DNA of 64,000 nucleotides from Eledone cirrhosa (taxonomy: Eukaryota): positions 79,732,001-79,796,000 of the forward strand of contig OZ024743.1 in the NCBI GenBank assembly GCA_964016885.1. Direction: 5' to 3'. How positions within the stretch are numbered: position 1 is the stretch's first letter; each line of letters opens with the position of its first letter. The notes under the pieces are model-generated. The model had not been told where the DNA came from. It saw nothing but the letters and a program-made list of their open reading frames with translations, and searched no databases. The translations under genes were made by a program, and so were the position numbers. Positions 59,750-64,000 of this stretch are shown piece after piece.

Positions 59750-60780
59750 AATTAGTATATCTACCAACATATGTATACAGATGCATACCTATGTTAGCAA
59801 ATATATATGTTTTGTCTATTGGTAGATATAATGATTCTTTATAATTATCTCCAAATTATTTGTTGAGCAAAACTTGCCGAAATTACTACTATGATTAATA
59901 GTAGTGGCTAGGCCCTGTCTTAATAGCACCCCCACTCCTCACTGATTAACCTCAGTGTCACGTGATTGATTATTTTGAATTTGCCACTTGACCAAGTAGG
60001 CAGTGAATTTTTCAATGTCTTGGAATCTAGTCCCCGCTCGCTTTTTTCCATCCACTGAATTATTTTTATATAAGTTCCCAGTGTCCTCGCATTGCCTGGA
60101 AGCTTAGCTGAGAATAGACTCCCTGATGACGTAAGGCTTCTCTGTGGATACGCTCCGTAACCATATTTATCCCCTTACAGAAACTAATTAGTTGGAGTGA
60201 AATATTAGTAAGTAAGTCAATTTTCATAACTTTCTTATTTACGTCTTTCATATAATTGTTCTGCATCCCCTTGCATAGAACCACAAAATTACTAAGACAA
60301 AACATATATATTTGCTAACATAGGTATGTATCTGTATACATATGTTGGTAGATATACTAATTCTTTATAATGATCTCCAAATTATTTGTTGAGCAAAACT
60401 TGCCGAAATTACTACTATGATTAATAGTAGTGGCTAGGCCCTGTCTTAATAGCACCCCCACTCCTCACTGATTAACCTCAGTGTCACGTGATTAATTCTT
60501 TTGAATTTACCACTTGACCAAGTAGGCAGTGAATTTTTCAATGTCTTGGAATCTAGTCCCCGCTCACTTTTTTCTATCCACTGAATTATGTTTATATAAG
60601 TTCCCAGTGTCCTCGCATTGCCTGGAAGCTTAGCTGAGAATAGACTTCCTGATGACGTAGGGCTTTTCTGTGGATACGCTCCGTAACCATATTTATCCCC
60701 TTACAGAAACTAATTAGTTGGAGTGAAATTTTAGTAAGTAAGTCAATTTTCATAACTTTCCTATTTACGTCTTTCATATA
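59745..60780 (+). mobile_element. Tandem dimer of a ~530-bp non-coding unit with an inverted junction piece
   Basis: 59820-60250 recurs at 60345-60780; 59745-59817 inverts 60294-60368. Confidence 0.85.
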
Positions 60781-60817
60781 TATATATATATATATATATA
60801 GACATACATACACAACC

Positions 60818-60952
<135 letters not shown>

Positions 60953-60959
60953 TGTGTGT

Positions 60960-61170
60960 GAGAAAAACCACAGACCCTCCATCTCAACTCTAGTTTTGAA
61001 AAGCAGAAGAACTGCGAAACCGGTAAAGGAACCAAATAAATATATATATTTTAAATAAAATAAGACTCCAGTTGCATTTTCGATTTCATCTTTTTTTCTT
61101 TATACTTTCACTCGTGTAGGACACCTCGGTTATTTTTCATTTTGTTAAAAGAACCTCACCTTCTAATATA
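60960..61170 (+). mobile_element. Solo copy of the UUGAAAA element
   Basis: Matches 29320-29525. Confidence 0.85.
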
Positions 61171-61361
61171 TATATATATCGTTACTCTGGTATGTATTGT
61201 GTGTTAGTTTCGCCTATCACAATGTTCGATTTATCAAGCTATTTAAACGTATGTTATTACTGTAAGGTCCTATCTTATCGAGTGCTTTGCTAACTCATCA
61301 TTTCATATAAGTAGGCAGAATTTACTTGCAAACCGCCAGAGATTCGATTTTACTGATTTCC

Positions 61362-61516
<155 letters not shown>

Positions 61517-61878
61517 AAAACATGAGAAGAAAGAAGAATACTGAGTGGTTGCACATGGGTTACATATGATATATATATATATATATGTATATATATACAT
61601 AGATACATATATATATATATATATATTTATTAAAATAACAGATTAAAGTTTAAGCAAAGAATCGCTGCTTTCACCCTTAACGGGATCTTCTGAAACTAAC
61701 AAAGTCAATCTGTAAACGCAGAACTGGATATTTCAAAATATTTTATTATTATTATTACTATAGATATATATAGATATATATAGATATATATAGATATATA
61801 TACATATATATAGATATATATAGATATATATAGATACATATATAGATACATATATATTATTATTATTACTATATAGAT

Positions 61879-61932
<54 letters not shown>

Positions 61933-62214
61933 TCGTTGACAAATTTATCAATGTGCCCAGACACGCAGATATATTGTCCTTGTTCTGGTGACACAGCTTG
62001 ATGGAGCATGCAACTATTGATATACTCTTTTTTATAGGCTCTGATGATTCCTGCCTTAGGGCAGTGGACGCCAACCTTTCTAAAACCGAGGAACCCTCTA
62101 AATATTTTGAATTCTTCACGGAACCTATACAATACAAAACTTTTCAAAAAAAAATAATAAAGTATTTATTTATTTTAGTGTTTCATGCGTGTGTATGTAA
62201 TCGAGCACAATTAT

Positions 62215-64000
62215 CTAGTGGATTTTCTGCTGCTGCGACTCATCAGTGAGTTTAGAAAATCGAGGTTCAACACTAGTTAATGCCAGTCTCATACACTCGT
62301 CAATTGCTGACAGTTTATTCATCTTCTTTGTGCAGATTTCTACCAACTGCGAAAACTCTTCGCACAAGTAGCTAGATGGGAATAAAGTCAAATACTTCAA
62401 TGCAAGTTGGCTGATTTCATTAAACTACCCAATCAAGAATAAGTCGATCCATAGTTCTTTCTTTCTACTTTCGAATATCACTTTCTGGTCTTCGTTTGAA
62501 TTCAAATCCATCAACTGATGTAAGCATTGTGCAGGTAGTAATTTTTTACAATTTCCAGCGTCATTTTCTGACACTAACTGCTCGATCTCGGTGAATGGGT
62601 TTTTTATCCATAAATTTCCGCTAACAATATCTTTTTCCATCAAGTCAAAATAATCTGAAAAACTTGTGGAAAGCACATTTAAATGAAAAAGAATAATCTT
62701 CTTTAGATTGCTGGAGTAAAAATCTTCTCTCTTTTTAAGCTCTATTTCAAGGTTTGAAAGTAATGAGTAATTGTCCGATTCAATTCTTTTTATAAAGATG
62801 TTTAATTTTGATTGAAAATATGTAATAAAATTGATTGAAGTAAAAATATCTGCATTGTTACCCTGAAGACACTTATTTAGTTTGTTCAGTTCACCAAAAA
62901 TGTCTACTAAATAAGCGAGTTGCACATTCCATTCATTGGTTTCTAATACACTTTCTCTTTCATCATTCTGTTTTTTTAGAAAAACTATTATTTCTTCTCT
63001 CAGTTCAAAAACTCTCTTCATAGCATCCCCAAAAGACAGCCAACGCACATCGTTGTTCAATAACAATCTATTATAATTACTTCCAGAAGATTCACAAATA
63101 GATTCAAACATTCTAGAATTTTTTGCTCTTGCATGGATCAAATTGATAATTTTGACAATGTCTTTCAGCTGGTCATTTAATATTTGAGCATCTCTGTCCT
63201 TGAATTTCTTTTTAACACAAAACCTCTCAATGAATCATACAATGATTTGAAATACAATTTGGGTCTGTTCTTTAATTTTTGCAATCAAACCAGAATTGTT
63301 ACCAGTCATTGCAGCTGCTCCATCTGTTGTTATTGAAGTCAACTTGCTCCAAGATACACCATTTTAAAAAAGAAACTCTTCAATTTTATTGAATATATCT
63401 TGACCTTTAGTTGTGATGTCTAATACCAGACAAAACAAATACTCTTCTACTAATTCTTTTTTATCAAGGTCTATAAACCGTACATAGCAAATTAATTGAG
63501 CCTTGTTATTAATATCCGTAGTTTCGTCCACTTGCAGACCAAAACATGTGCTTTTCTTTAGTGGAGTTAGTATCTGATTTTCTATATCAGAAGAAATATC
63601 AATTATCCTTCTTTTTACCGTATTTGCTGACAATGGTAACCGGCTTAATTTTTCTTTGTCCTTAATACTGCAGCTTTCAAAAAGATTCTCTGTAGCAATT
63701 TTTATACTTGGCAGATTTAACTGTTCTCCTAATGTTTCTTGTTTTTACCAATCAAATGTGAAATTTCAAAAGATGTTCTTGTTAAAGCTTTATTTCTATC
63801 TGACTTTTTACAAAACAAGTCATACATATTAGCTTGTGATTTTTTGATGTTGTTTTTCAGCGAAGTAAAGTATTCCAGTGACTTGCTTTTATCATTGGTG
63901 TGATTAGTATCAAGGTGTCTTTTAAGTTTTGCAGGATTTAAACAGCTATTTGATAGAGCTTTTGAACATAGCAAACACATGGGCTGATCTGGTGTATCTT
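62215..64000 (-). pseudogene. hAT transposase, Buster/Charlie (ZBED5/SCAND3-like) type, fragmented; runs off the window
   Basis: BED finger CLLC..LKRHLDTNH, SANTVKRRI, GLQVDETTD, TTDGAAAMTG, VRWLS, LAYLVDIF..LN..LQG, FPSSYLCEEFS, RLALTSVEPRF. Confidence 0.93.

Noticed and set aside
62041-62080. CTGATGA plus hairpin (similar weak cases at 2782, 55407, 61225)
   Set aside because: No intact GAAA..NUH or helix I, too degenerate to call

Overview
AT-rich, microsatellite-saturated eukaryotic genomic DNA, most likely an octopod cephalopod (inferred from a recurrent tRNA-derived SINE and the repeat landscape). Most ORF-track entries are translations of (TA)n, (CA)n or triplet repeats. Real content: a near full-length but inactivated Tx1/L1-clade LINE plus two related 3' fragments; R4/Dong and CRE restriction-endonuclease LINE remnants; several Penelope-like (GIY-YIG) fragments; a Gypsy remnant; a Buster/Charlie-type hAT transposase pseudogene; many SINEs and minisatellites. 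Two things absent from the ORF track stand out. First, many type-I hammerhead-ribozyme motifs sit inside short non-coding fold-back or tandem elements inserted in (TA)n; two families have a compensated U3-A8 core, and their inverted junctions suggest tandem or circular templates. Second, four phase-compatible small exons (30746-39910, +) splice into a 10-cysteine three-finger (Ly6/uPAR-like) protein with a GPI-type tail. All coordinates and pairings were read by eye; element boundaries are approximate.
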